A stretch of 64,000 nucleotides of DNA from Alphaproteobacteria bacterium (GCA_965225945.1 CBDDBZ010000027.1:64001-128000), one strand, 5' to 3'; shown: positions 29,297-38,946, numbered from the stretch's first letter. The notes: generated by a model from the letters alone, not told the origin. Numbers and translations: made by a program.

Positions 29297-29332
29297 GCGG
29301 GCGGCTCGAAAGTCCCCGAACCCGCGCGCGCC

Positions 29333-30307
29333 TCAGTCCCGCCTCATGCGCCATCGCCACGCGGTTTCGATGACGTCCGCGATATCCAGGTGACGCGGGC
29401 GCCATCCCAAGTCGCTTCGAGCCCTGGTGGCATCCGCCAACAGGATGTCGGGATCGCCCGGCCGGCGCGCGCCTTGTTGGACCGTGATCTCGCGTCCCGT
29501 GACCCGCCGGGCGGTTTCGATCACCTCCAGGATGGATACCCCTTCGCCGGTACCGAGATTGAAGACAATTTGCCCGTCCCTACCTTCTATTTCCTTCAAC
29601 GCGAGGACGTGCGCCTCCGCCAGGTCGCCGACGTGGATGTAGTCGCGGATGCAGGTGCCGTCGGCGGTGTCGTAGTCGTCGCCGAAAACAGTGATGTCGG
29701 GGCGATCCCCGGCGGCGGCATCGAGAACCAGTGGGATCAGATGGGTCTCGGGATCGTGAGCCTCGCCGATCTCTCCCTCCGGGTCGGCGCCGGCGGCGTT
29801 GAAGTAACGCAGCGCCACGCTGCTCAGCCCATGGGCGAGGCCATAGTCCGCCAAGATACGCTCGATCATCGCCTTGGAAGCGCCGTAGGGGTTGATCGGG
29901 TTCAGCGCCGCGGCCTCGGAAATCGGCACGCTCTCCGGCACGCCGTAAACCGCACAGCTGCTCGAAAACACCATGCGATCGACGCCGTGCGCGCGCATGG
30001 CGTCGAGCAAGCTCAGCGTTCCGACGACGTTGTTTCGGTAGTATTTCGCCGGATCGCCAACCGAATCAGCCACATTGGCGAAGGCCGCGAAATGCATCAC
30101 GGCCTCCGGGCGGTATCTGGTGATGACCTCTTCGAGTCTCGCCGAATCGAGCATGTCGCCGATTTCGAGCGGGCCCCATTTCACCGCCCAATCATGGCCA
30201 TGAACGAGGCTGTCATAGGTCACGGGCGTATAGCCGGCCCGGGCCAGTGTCTTGCAGGCGTGCGACCCCACGTAGCCGGCGCCCCCGGTGACCAGAACGG
30301 TCCCCAT
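29333..30307 (-). CDS. galE: UDP-glucose 4-epimerase
   Basis: VTGGAGYVGSH, FSSSCAVYG, PYGASK, LRYFNAAGA, DGTCIRDYIHV. Confidence 0.95.
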   Translation of the reverse strand: MGTVLVTGGAGYVGSHACKTLARAGYTPVTYDSLVHGHDWAVKWGPLEIGDMLDSARLEEVITRYRPEAVMHFAAFANVADSVGDPAKYYRNNVVGTLSLLDAMRAHGVDRMVFSSSCAVYGVPESVPISEAAALNPINPYGASKAMIERILADYGLAHGLSSVALRYFNAAGADPEGEIGEAHDPETHLIPLVLDAAAGDRPDITVFGDDYDTADGTCIRDYIHVGDLAEAHVLALKEIEGRDGQIVFNLGTGEGVSILEVIETARRVTGREITVQQGARRPGDPDILLADATRARSDLGWRPRHLDIADVIETAWRWRMRRD

Positions 30308-30313
30308 CGCCGA

Positions 30314-30845
30314 TCAACCGAGCGCGGCCGTGGGCGCGAGCGATCGCGGCAGCCCCCGCCAGGCATCGAGCGCCGCCAATCGGGCGAAGCGGTGTTCGAG
30401 CATCGACGCCGCGTTCCGACCCAGCCTGTCGCGCAATTCCGGAGCGCCGGCCAGCGCAACGGCGACTTCGCGATAGCGATCCTGCAACCAGTTGACCAAC
30501 ACGACGGAACCTCGGCATGCGAACATCACCGCGATCGACCGTAACGGTGGATCCGTCTTCGCGATCACGACGTCTCCCGGCCTCGCCAAGCGACGCGGTG
30601 CCACGGCGGGCGAGACGAAAGAGGAGAAATAGTCTATCGCCCCGCCGAGGAGGTTTCCACGGCCGAAGCGAGTTGTCGCGACATGACGAACCTCGACCCC
30701 GCCGGAAACCTCCGCGCCGGTAGGGGCCGGGCCGGATCGTCATGGATCTGACCGCTGGTAACTACAAAATTGGGAAGTCCCTCGCCCGCCGGATGGAAGG
30801 CCAGATCCGAAAGCATCTGGCTGCTCGCCGAATGATCGCGATGCA
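30314..30845 (-). pseudogene. Decayed, internally deleted family-4 glycosyltransferase
   Basis: Fragments MLSDLAFH..., GDVVIAKTDPP, VNWLQD..EVA joined directly to a C-terminal-like LRDRLGRNA...RF. Confidence 0.6.
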
Positions 30846-31079
30846 GGTAGCGGGTGACGAATATGAACCGCGTCGCCGACGGCTCGCTCGATGCTACCGC
30901 GCCATTTGGAATGGGCGGGTCAGGGTCGCGACGATCGATCGGAGAGGCCCACTCGGCCGCGAGCGGCTCGCCACATTAATAGTCTAAATCAAATTGCCGC
31001 GGAACTTCGCAATCACTTGAAATTTGAAGTAACGAGTCGGCGAGTTGAATGCGAATGGTTAACGGCTTATGGTCTATTC

Positions 31080-31834
31080 CTTGCCTATCCGGTTATCACC
31101 CACACCCACTATATGTAGTGTGCACCCATTTTCCTGAGTAAAGCTCGGTGCAGGTCGAAGCGGAGATATCTCCGGCGATGCCGAGCAGGGACTCGGACGG
31201 CATTGTAGCGCCTTTCAGGCGACACTTTAGCGTGGTGGAAATCCTAATCATTGAGTCGGATTTGGCAAAACGCCACGTTGCATAAAGGACCGTCACTTCA
31301 TTGAAATTTATCTGAAATCGGAGGTGAACGACACCGATGGAATATTCCAGGAAATCAGAGCTTCATTGAATTGTAGGATTCGAGTGCCGGATTATTCACA
31401 AATAGCTCTGTGAACTGGTTTTCAAGTTCGCTCAATACGTCATATGAAGTAAACGGATTGAGGATCACGTTCTTGCGTGTCGCTTCGTCTTCGCTGCGAC
31501 TCAAAACGCGCAGGAGACTAACAGGCGCGGACGGGTTCTTCGCAACGATTCGTGCCAGCGCGTCGCTTTCTTCGACTAGTGCCGTCAATCGCTCAGACGA
31601 TGTCGTTTCATCAGCAGCTTCCCGTCTGGCCGTGGGTTTCTTCGTTTTTCCCTTGGTCGCCACCGTTCCGTCCCCCGATGTTAAGTACGTGACGTGAATT
31701 AAACTCCGGTTCGGTTTTCAGAACAATCAAGAATTAGCCGGATCGCCTCCTCAATGCGCCTGCGCCGGCCCTTGCCTGCAGTCCAAGGAGACACACTACA
31801 TATAGTGGGTGTGGGTGATAACCGGATAGGCAAG
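31080..31834 (-). mobile_element. 755-bp non-autonomous element with cargo gene, copy 1
   Basis: 43-bp perfect IRs CTTGCCTATCCGGTTATCACCCACACCCACTATATGTAGTGTG; 8-bp target duplication GTCTATTC (31072-31079, 31835-31842). Confidence 0.95.
31355..31663 (-). CDS. Leucine-rich-repeat-variant/HEAT-like small protein (cargo, copy 1)
   Basis: Repeating VAKNPSAP..LL..LS / VILNPFTS..VL..L / FVNNPAL units; GGGGA RBS. Confidence 0.7.
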   Translation of the reverse strand: MATKGKTKKPTARREAADETTSSERLTALVEESDALARIVAKNPSAPVSLLRVLSRSEDEATRKNVILNPFTSYDVLSELENQFTELFVNNPALESYNSMKL

Positions 31835-32017
31835 GTCTATTCAAGACTTAATTCGATCCGACGCTTGAACGTCGTGGCATCGGGGCGTCGGCGCCACTTT
31901 TGGTGGGAACCGGTTGAGGCCCGAAACATGTCTTGCGAAGTCGCTCCGAACCGCGCTGATGAACAACCGGCCGAGCCGGTACCGCGCCGTCTGCGCCGGT
32001 GGGCCGTAAACATCCAG

Positions 32018-33433
32018 GGTCAAGTCCGGATTCTGCTGGGAATTTTCTCCGGGGTTGCCTCCGTCGAGGCCTGTTCTGGTAGTTCCAGCTGGGCTTGGTA
32101 TTCCTGATCGAGTTCCTTCCTGACGGCGTCCATCTGGCGCCGCTCGAAGACGGTGACCTTGACTGCTTTCCATCGCTCGGCGGCGCGGCTCATGGCACCG
32201 AACATGAGCTTCAGTACCGCCTTTTCGCCGAAGGCGTTGGGGATGATCTTCAAGCGCCGGCGCTCCTCCCCGAACAATCTCTCCAGCAGGTTGGTGGTGC
32301 GGATCGCCCGGCGGTGATTGACCGGCATGCGCAGGTGCGCGATGCAGGCCTCGAAATCATCCAGGAAACAGGCCACCGCCGAGGGCAGCTCGCGCTCCCA
32401 GTCACGCACCACGCCCTCGGCCAGATCGCGGGCGATGGCGCGCGAGGGGGCCTGGTAGGCCGCTTGGGCGCGGGCCTTGAACTCCGGCCAGAGATCCTCG
32501 GGCACCTTCGCCGCCAAGTTCCTCATCCGGTGCGCGAGGCAGCGTTGGCGCGCGCTCCTGGGAAAACAAATCTCGATCGCCTTGATAATGCCAGGCGCGC
32601 CGTCGGAGGCGATCAGGAGAGGATCGCCCAGGCCTCGGCTGCGCATGTCCTGGAAGAACGCGGAGACGGTCTCGTTGTCCTCCTTCGAGCCCGCCATCAG
32701 ATGCAGGAGAACCTTCTTGCCCTCGAGCGTGAAGCCCCAGGCCGCCAGCACCGGCTCTCGCCTCTGCCCGGCCCGCAGCCGCTCGGCGATGCCGTCGACG
32801 AAGAGGTAGGCGATCTCGAACTCGCTAAGGTCGCGCTTGGCGAAGCCGAGGTAGTCCGCCCAGAGCCGCTCCCCCATCTCCGAGACCGCCGTGCGCGACA
32901 GCAGCAAGCGCCCACTTTCTTCCCTGAAGGCATCTTCGATGTCGCGCACCGAGAGACCGCGCGCCAGCATCTCCACGGCTAAATCCTCCAGGCCCTCGGA
33001 ATGACCCTTCAGCTGCGCTCGCAGATCCGAACGGAACGGTTCGTCCGTCCCGGCGACCTGCGGCGCCGCATACCTGATCCGCCCCTCGGCCGTCTTCAGA
33101 TGACCTTCGCGCGAACCGTTCCGGTAACCTCGGCCAGGCTCGGAACCGTGCTCGTAATAGTCCCGGCCCAGGGCGTCGCGCACCTCGGCCTCCAAGCCTT
33201 CCTCGATGATCAACCGCGTCGCCAACCGCACCAATTCACTCTTCGCGTCGACCACGCGGGCGCGCCCTTCGATCAGGTCGTTCAAGGCTTCACGCGTGCG
33301 CTCGCTTCCGGGTAGTCTCTTCGTCATGGAGGTGCCTCCTGTGCTGGGCTGGCGCGCAGCCATGCCCGGGTGGGAATCGACACCTCGAAGGATGCACCTC
33401 CTACCAAATTCCCAGCAAGTCTAGGACTTCACC
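32018..33433 (-). mobile_element. IS256-family element
   Basis: IRs GGTCAAGTCCGGATTCTGCTGGGAATTT / AAATTCCCAGCAAGTCTAGGACTTCACC; direct repeat CATCCAG (32011-32017, 33434-33440). Confidence 0.9.
32020..33327 (-). CDS. IS256-family (Mutator) transposase
   Basis: GYRNG, YLFVDG, ASDGAPG, QRCLAHRMRN, IRTTNLLERLFGE; GGAGG RBS. Confidence 0.95.
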   Translation of the reverse strand: MTKRLPGSERTREALNDLIEGRARVVDAKSELVRLATRLIIEEGLEAEVRDALGRDYYEHGSEPGRGYRNGSREGHLKTAEGRIRYAAPQVAGTDEPFRSDLRAQLKGHSEGLEDLAVEMLARGLSVRDIEDAFREESGRLLLSRTAVSEMGERLWADYLGFAKRDLSEFEIAYLFVDGIAERLRAGQRREPVLAAWGFTLEGKKVLLHLMAGSKEDNETVSAFFQDMRSRGLGDPLLIASDGAPGIIKAIEICFPRSARQRCLAHRMRNLAAKVPEDLWPEFKARAQAAYQAPSRAIARDLAEGVVRDWERELPSAVACFLDDFEACIAHLRMPVNHRRAIRTTNLLERLFGEERRRLKIIPNAFGEKAVLKLMFGAMSRAAERWKAVKVTVFERRQMDAVRKELDQEYQAQLELPEQASTEATPEKIPSRIRT

Positions 33434-34037
33434 CATCCAGGCCGTCGTATGGATCGAGGACGAGCCGAGGACATGCACCGTCATCGACATTTCGCCGGGC
33501 GGGGCGCGGATCGAAACGGGGACCGCCGCTCAGGCCGCGGTCGGCGCGACGGTTGCGCTCGGTCTCGAGGATTTCCCCTCGATTCCCGCCGAAGTCCGCT
33601 ATGCGGGGGGCGGCGCGCTGGGCCTGATGTTCCTTCACGATGGCGAGGCGGAAGCGGTGCTCGGCCGCTATCTGGTCTCGCGCGGCCCAGACCGCGCGGA
33701 ACCGAGGAAGCCGGTCGGCATCGAAGCGACCCTGATCCCGCTTCGGGAGCGGACGGCGTGCACCTTGTTGAACGTCTCTCGGCTGGGCGCCAAACTCGCC
33801 ATCGGCGAGGCGGCCCATCTGTCCGTCGGCGACGAGGTCATGGTGTCGATCCCGGATTACGGCGATGTGGCGGCAACGGTCAGGAGAGTGAGCGAGGAGG
33901 ACGTCGGTCTGATGTTCCGAAAAGCCCTGACCGGCGTTCTGCCCGGCTAGAGCATCGTCCAAGCTTAGCCGCATTTTCGCTGTTTCGAGAATGTGAAGAA
34001 GTACACGTGACGCGTAGTGAAGGACTTTTTCATATAA

Positions 34038-34063
34038 GAGAGGCGGCCCGAGGGCCGCCTCTC
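34038..34063. terminator. Perfect GC-rich hairpin between convergent genes
   Basis: GAGAGGCGGCC-CGAG-GGCCGCCTCTC. Confidence 0.55.
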
Positions 34064-34282
34064 CGTGTATGGGCCGTGCCGGCCCTGTGACGTGATCGTC
34101 TGCGTCAGCGCTCGCGGTAGAGGTTGCTCCCTTGCCCGCGAACGGTGCCAGAGCCTAGGGTCACGGCACGCATATCACTCGACATTGGATCACCTCCTTT
34201 CCCTTGTTGCATCATCGCGCGAGAGTATGCCCGGGTGCGGGCGAGAATGAAAGCCCCGACCGAGTTGATTTCGAGGCCTCGA

Positions 34283-35122
34283 TTACGGCAGTCCGGCGCC
34301 GGCCACGTCGACCTCGACCGCCTCGATTCGCCCCTGGCGCGCCTCGGCGGCGGCGGGCCCGCTCGCCCTGTTGGTGCAGATATAGAGCGTGCGGCGCGCC
34401 TCGCCCCCCAGCATGCAAGCGTAGGAGCCACGCTCGCCGGTATCGATCCGGTGCGTGACCTCGCCCCCCTGGCGGACGCGAAAGGTTTCATTGCCGCGAG
34501 GATCGGCGACCCAAATGGCGCCGTCGGCGTCGAGGCAGATGCCGTCGGGGTGATTGTCGCCGAGATCGGCCCAGAGCCGCTGGTTCGAAAGTCCGCCTTC
34601 GGCGCCGATATCCCAGGCGGTGAGGCAGCGGCCAAACGTCTCGGCCACGACCAGGGTGGCACCATCGGGCGTGATCACCGAGCCGTTGGGGAACGCCAAT
34701 CCCTCCGCCGCGATCCCGATCGCGCCGTCGGGGTCGACGCGGGCGAGATCGGCCGGCCGCTCCGCTTCGCCGCCGTGGCGGTCGTAGCCGAAATTACCGA
34801 CATAGGCGCGACCGCCCCGGGCCACCACCATGTCGTTGCAGGGCCCGCCGGCTAGCCCTGAGAGGTCGCCATGGGTCGCCAGGCCGCCCCGCCCTAGGCG
34901 CAGCACGCGTCGATCGAGCATGGCGACGATCAAGAGGTCTCCATCGGGGAGCCAGCCGAGCCCCGAGGGCTGATCCGGGACCTCGACGATGGTCTCGGTC
35001 CGGCCGTCCGGCGTCATGGCGATGACGCGATGGGAGTAAAAATCCGAGAACCAGAGGCGACCCTCGCGCCACCTCGGTGCCTCGGGAAAGGTCAAGCCAT
35101 CGATAACCACGCGAGGCTCCAT
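34283..35122 (-). CDS. SMP-30/gluconolactonase-family protein
   Basis: FPEAPRW, CNDMVV, FPNGSVITPDG, PDGICLD, ACMLGG. Confidence 0.92.
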   Translation of the reverse strand: MEPRVVIDGLTFPEAPRWREGRLWFSDFYSHRVIAMTPDGRTETIVEVPDQPSGLGWLPDGDLLIVAMLDRRVLRLGRGGLATHGDLSGLAGGPCNDMVVARGGRAYVGNFGYDRHGGEAERPADLARVDPDGAIGIAAEGLAFPNGSVITPDGATLVVAETFGRCLTAWDIGAEGGLSNQRLWADLGDNHPDGICLDADGAIWVADPRGNETFRVRQGGEVTHRIDTGERGSYACMLGGEARRTLYICTNRASGPAAAEARQGRIEAVEVDVAGAGLP

Positions 35123-35149
35123 GACATCCCTCCCCTCTCGGCTCGGGCC

Positions 35150-36319
35150 TCAGCCCCGATTGCCACCGTAGGCCTGGGTGAATAGGCGTCCCGCCGCGAT
35201 ACGGTCGTGCGAGAGGGCCGCGAAGTCGTCGTCGATTCGGCCGTCGAGGATCCAGCCGGCGAGCGCGCGCCCGGCCGCGGGCCCGAGCTTGAAGCCGTGC
35301 CCGCTGCCGCCCGAGCCGTCGACATAGCCCCGGATTTCCTCGCGCGGGCCATAGAACGGGTACCAGTCCGGCGTCACGTCGTAGAGCGCGGCGTAGGCGC
35401 CGATCAGCCGCATGCCGGCGAAGGCGGGAAACCGCGCCTCTGTCCGCGACTGCACCTCGCGGATGAAATCATCGTCCGCGGTCATCTTATAATTACACGG
35501 ATCGACGTCCTGGTAGTCCTTCGGGAAACCACGCCCGATGACGAAGCGCCGCTCTCCCATCGGGCGAAGATAGATCGCGTCGACCGCGTTGGAAACGGCG
35601 CAGGTGGGGTGGGGGCGATCCTCGCGCAGCTCCCAGATCGTGTCCTGTTCCCGCACCGCGCGAAGCGGCAGCGAGAGGCCCGCGCCTTCCGCCAACGAGC
35701 GGGCCCAAGGGCCGGCGGCGTTGACCACCGTAGCGCAGCGGATTTCCTCGTCGTCGGTCTCGACGCCGACGATTTTCCCGCCCTCTCGCAGGAGGCGACG
35801 GACCGGTTGTTTTTGCCGGTAGGTACCGCCCGCCGCCCGGAAGCCCTCGACCAGGGCCTCGGTCGTGCGCACCGGATCGGCATATCCGCCGTCGACCTCG
35901 AAGACGACGCGGTCGATCCCGTCCGTGGCGATTTCGGGCAGATACCTCGCGATCTCTTCCGTCCCGAGGAACCGCGTGTCGATGCCCACCTCGCGCTGCA
36001 TGGCGATGTTGGCCTCGGCCGCCCGGGCGAGCTCCGCCGGCAGCAGGAAACACCAGCCGCTCGCCACGTAGCCGCCGTCGGAGCCCAGGGTTTCGGGCAT
36101 GTCGCGGAAGATCTCGATGCTTTCCTTGGTCAGGCGGCTCAGCACGGGCGTGGAATAATGCTGGCGGATGATCGCGGCACTTCTGCCGGTCCCGCCCGCC
36201 GCCGGCGCCTCGCGCTCCACCAGAAGGACGGAGAGGCCACCCCGCTTCATCAGGTGAAAGGCCGTGGAGGCGCCGGTGATCCCGGCGCCGACGACCACGG
36301 CATCGAAGCGCTCGCTCAT
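35150..36319 (-). CDS. FAD-dependent oxidoreductase (DAO/sarcosine oxidase beta-like)
   Basis: VVGAGITG, VVNAAGPW, YDVTPD, GSGHGFKLGPA. Confidence 0.92.
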   Translation of the reverse strand: MSERFDAVVVGAGITGASTAFHLMKRGGLSVLLVEREAPAAGGTGRSAAIIRQHYSTPVLSRLTKESIEIFRDMPETLGSDGGYVASGWCFLLPAELARAAEANIAMQREVGIDTRFLGTEEIARYLPEIATDGIDRVVFEVDGGYADPVRTTEALVEGFRAAGGTYRQKQPVRRLLREGGKIVGVETDDEEIRCATVVNAAGPWARSLAEGAGLSLPLRAVREQDTIWELREDRPHPTCAVSNAVDAIYLRPMGERRFVIGRGFPKDYQDVDPCNYKMTADDDFIREVQSRTEARFPAFAGMRLIGAYAALYDVTPDWYPFYGPREEIRGYVDGSGGSGHGFKLGPAAGRALAGWILDGRIDDDFAALSHDRIAAGRLFTQAYGGNRG

Positions 36320-36325
36320 GCCGTG

Positions 36326-38002
36326 TCAAGCCTCGACGGCACTGGGGCCGTATTCCCGGGCGAGATATTCGTCGGAAAACTTGCCGCTCTCGCGATCCTC
36401 CCGAATGCGTTCGGCCGGGCGGGCGTCGGGGGGGCCATAGCCGCCGGCGCCCGGCGTCTCGATCCAGACGACGGCGCTGTCCGGCACCTCGAGCGAGGAC
36501 GGCTTGTTGGCCAAGCGCTCTCGCCGTCCGTCGTCGTGCACGATTTCGATGCGACCCGTGCCCCCCGGGCGGCCACCGAACAGGCCCCACGGCGCATGGA
36601 CGGAGCGCTCGGCCTGACCGGAGAAGGTAAGCACGTGATCGATGCCCCGATAGACCCGTCTCAAGCCGAGGCCGCCTCGCTGTTCGCCGGCGCCGCCGGA
36701 ATCCTCGATCAGTTCGTACGCCTCGACCAGCAGGGGATATTCGTTCTCCAGCGCCTCGATCGGCAGGTTCGAGGTATTGGTGATGTGCACCTGGATGCCG
36801 TCGCTGCCGTCCCGGTAGGCGCGGCCGCCGGCGCCGCCACCGATCGTCTCGAGGTAGACGTAGTAGCGTCCCCCGGCACCGGTGCCGGAGAAGGTGGCGC
36901 AGCCGTTGGCGCCGTTGCCGGCGGCGATGATGCGCTCCGGCAGCGCGTCGGCCAGCGCGCCGAAGATGGCGTCGACGATACGCTGCGCGGTCTGCGCGCG
37001 GGCCGCCGTCGCGGCGGGAAAAGCGGCGTTGACGACGCTCGCCTCCGGCGCGGTGATGGTGACCGGTTCCAGCATGCCGTGATTGGTCGGCCCGTCGGGG
37101 TCGACCAGTACCTTCAGGGCGTAGAGCACCGAGGCCTGGAGCCCGGCGTAAGAATTGTTCATGTTGCCCTGGACCTGCGGGCCGGAACCCGCGAAATCGA
37201 AGGTGATCTCGTCGTCCAACTTGGTGATCGTCACCTCGATGGGGATGTCGCGGGCGGCCAGCCCATCGTCGTCGAGATAGTCGCGGAAGTGATAGGTGCC
37301 GTCGGGAAGCTCGGCTATGCCCGCGCGCATGCGCCGGGCCACGGCCTCGATGATCTTGCCCGCCCCCTCGACGACATCGCCCACCGACCAGCGGCGGAAG
37401 AACTCGTCCAGGCGTCGGAGCCCGAGACGGTTGGCGGCGATCTGCGCCATGTAGTCGCCGCGCCGCTCCTCGGGCACACGCACGTTCAGCAGGATCATGG
37501 CGAGGATGTCGTCGACGATCTCGCCGTCTTGCACGATGCGGACCGGCGGGATGCGCAGTCCCTCCTGGAAGATCTCCGTCATGCCGCCGGCCATCGAGCC
37601 CGGCGCCATGCCGCCGATGTCGGCATGGTGGGCGATGTTGGAGACGAAGAGCACCAGCTCGCCCTGGTGGAATACCGGCGCCAGGATGGCGACATCCGGC
37701 AGATGCGAGCCGCGCCCGACGAAGGGGTCGTTGGAGGCGAACATGTCACCGGGGCGCAAGCCGTCGCGACCGTGCACCTCCAACACCACCTCGGCCAGGC
37801 CGAGCATGGAGGCGAGATGCAGCGGCAGGCTGTCGCCCTGCGCCACGACGTGGCCCTCGGCGTCGAAGATCACCGTGGAATGGTCGTGGCGTTCCTTGAT
37901 GTTGGTGGAGTAGGCGCTCTTCATCAGCGCCGCATACATCTCGTCGCAGATGCCGCCCAGGTTGTTGCGCAGCAGTTCGACCTCGATCGCGTTCAGGGCC
38001 AT
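36326..38002 (-). CDS. Hydantoinase B / 5-oxoprolinase subunit
   Basis: SAYSTNIKERHD, NDPFVGRGSHLPD, HHADIGG, ETIGGG, TPGAGGYG. Confidence 0.93.
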   Translation of the reverse strand: MALNAIEVELLRNNLGGICDEMYAALMKSAYSTNIKERHDHSTVIFDAEGHVVAQGDSLPLHLASMLGLAEVVLEVHGRDGLRPGDMFASNDPFVGRGSHLPDVAILAPVFHQGELVLFVSNIAHHADIGGMAPGSMAGGMTEIFQEGLRIPPVRIVQDGEIVDDILAMILLNVRVPEERRGDYMAQIAANRLGLRRLDEFFRRWSVGDVVEGAGKIIEAVARRMRAGIAELPDGTYHFRDYLDDDGLAARDIPIEVTITKLDDEITFDFAGSGPQVQGNMNNSYAGLQASVLYALKVLVDPDGPTNHGMLEPVTITAPEASVVNAAFPAATAARAQTAQRIVDAIFGALADALPERIIAAGNGANGCATFSGTGAGGRYYVYLETIGGGAGGRAYRDGSDGIQVHITNTSNLPIEALENEYPLLVEAYELIEDSGGAGEQRGGLGLRRVYRGIDHVLTFSGQAERSVHAPWGLFGGRPGGTGRIEIVHDDGRRERLANKPSSLEVPDSAVVWIETPGAGGYGPPDARPAERIREDRESGKFSDEYLAREYGPSAVEA

Positions 38003-38127
38003 TCACCATTCCCTCCGTTGTCGCGGACGGATCTTAGGCCCCTCGGCCGGCCACGTCACGGCTCGGATGATGGCTGCCAGGCGGAGATTGGCGCTCACAT
38101 TCTCCGCAATCCATACAATGATTGTTC

Positions 38128-38882
38128 CTTGCCTATCCGGTTATCACCCACACCCACTATATGTAGTGTGTCTCCTTGGACTGCAGGCAAGGGCCGGCGC
38201 AGGCGCATTGAGGAGGCGATCCGGCTAATTCTTGATTGTTCTGAAAACCGAACCGGAGTTTAATTCACGTCACGTACTTAACATCGGGGGACGGAACGGT
38301 GGCGACCAAGGGAAAAACGAAGAAACCCACGGCCAGACGGGAAGCTGCTGATGAAACGACATCGTCTGAGCGATTGACGGCACTAGTCGAAGAAAGCGAC
38401 GCGCTGGCACGAATCGTTGCGAAGAACCCGTCCGCGCCTGTTAGTCTCCTGCGCGTTTTGAGTCGCAGCGAAGACGAAGCGACACGCAAGAACGTGATCC
38501 TCAATCCGTTTACTTCATATGACGTATTGAGCGAACTTGAAAACCAGTTCACAGAGCTATTTGTGAATAATCCGGCACTCGAATCCTACAATTCAATGAA
38601 GCTCTGATTTCCTGGAATATTCCATCGGTGTCGTTCACCTCCGATTTCAGATAAATTTCAATGAAGTGACGGTCCTTTATGCAACGTGGCGTTTTGCCAA
38701 ATCCGACTCAATGATTAGGATTTCCACCACGCTAAAGTGTCGCCTAAAAGGCGCTACAATGCCGTCCGAGTCCCTGCTCGGCATCGCCGGAGATATCTCC
38801 GCTTCGACCTGCACCGAGCTTTACTCAGGAAAATGGGTGCACACTACATATAGTGGGTGTGGGTGATAACCGGATAGGCAAG
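38128..38882 (+). mobile_element. 755-bp non-autonomous element with cargo gene, copy 2 (inverted relative to copy 1)
   Basis: Same 43-bp IRs; its own 8-bp target duplication GATTGTTC (38120-38127, 38883-38890); near-identical to copy 1 (one substitution noticed). Confidence 0.95.
38299..38607 (+). CDS. Leucine-rich-repeat-variant/HEAT-like small protein (cargo, copy 2)
   Basis: Identical translation to 31355-31663. Confidence 0.7.
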   Translation: MATKGKTKKPTARREAADETTSSERLTALVEESDALARIVAKNPSAPVSLLRVLSRSEDEATRKNVILNPFTSYDVLSELENQFTELFVNNPALESYNSMKL

Positions 38883-38897
38883 GATTGTTCTTGCGTG

Positions 38898-38940
38898 TGC
38901 GGAGAATGCATCCTAAATTCTCCGCATAAAAGGCGGAGAA
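38898..38940. promoter_or_regulatory. TTCTCCGC/GCGGAGAA inverted repeats upstream of fic (putative operator)
   Basis: TGCGGAGAATG (38898-38908) pairs with CATTCTCCGCA (38098-38108) across the inserted element; a second palindrome TTCTCCGC-N7-GCGGAGAA lies at 38918-38940. Confidence 0.5.
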
Positions 38941-38946
38941 AAACAC

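Larger units (their letters stand above)
31928..33950 (+). pseudogene. Tandem PilZ-domain protein interrupted by IS256
   Basis: Removing the IS and one CATCCAG copy restores the frame: ...RRLRRWAVNIQ|AVVW...VIDISPGGA... and RAEPR...LLNVSRLGA (two RxxxR / DxSxxG-type sets). Confidence 0.85.

Noticed and set aside
35207-38263. 1018-aa plus-strand ORF and other long antisense ORFs (9605-11620, 12868-14697, 45990-48587, 58959-61676)
   Set aside because: Shadow frames opposite well-supported genes, expected from high-GC codon bias; no motifs.
38666-38866. Second 66-aa ORF in the cassette (also 31096-31296)
   Set aside because: No recognisable motif or clear RBS, and it runs into the inverted repeat.
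31080-38882. Composite transposon bounded by the two 755-bp copies
   Set aside because: Each copy has its own distinct 8-bp duplication, and the outer flanks do not match.
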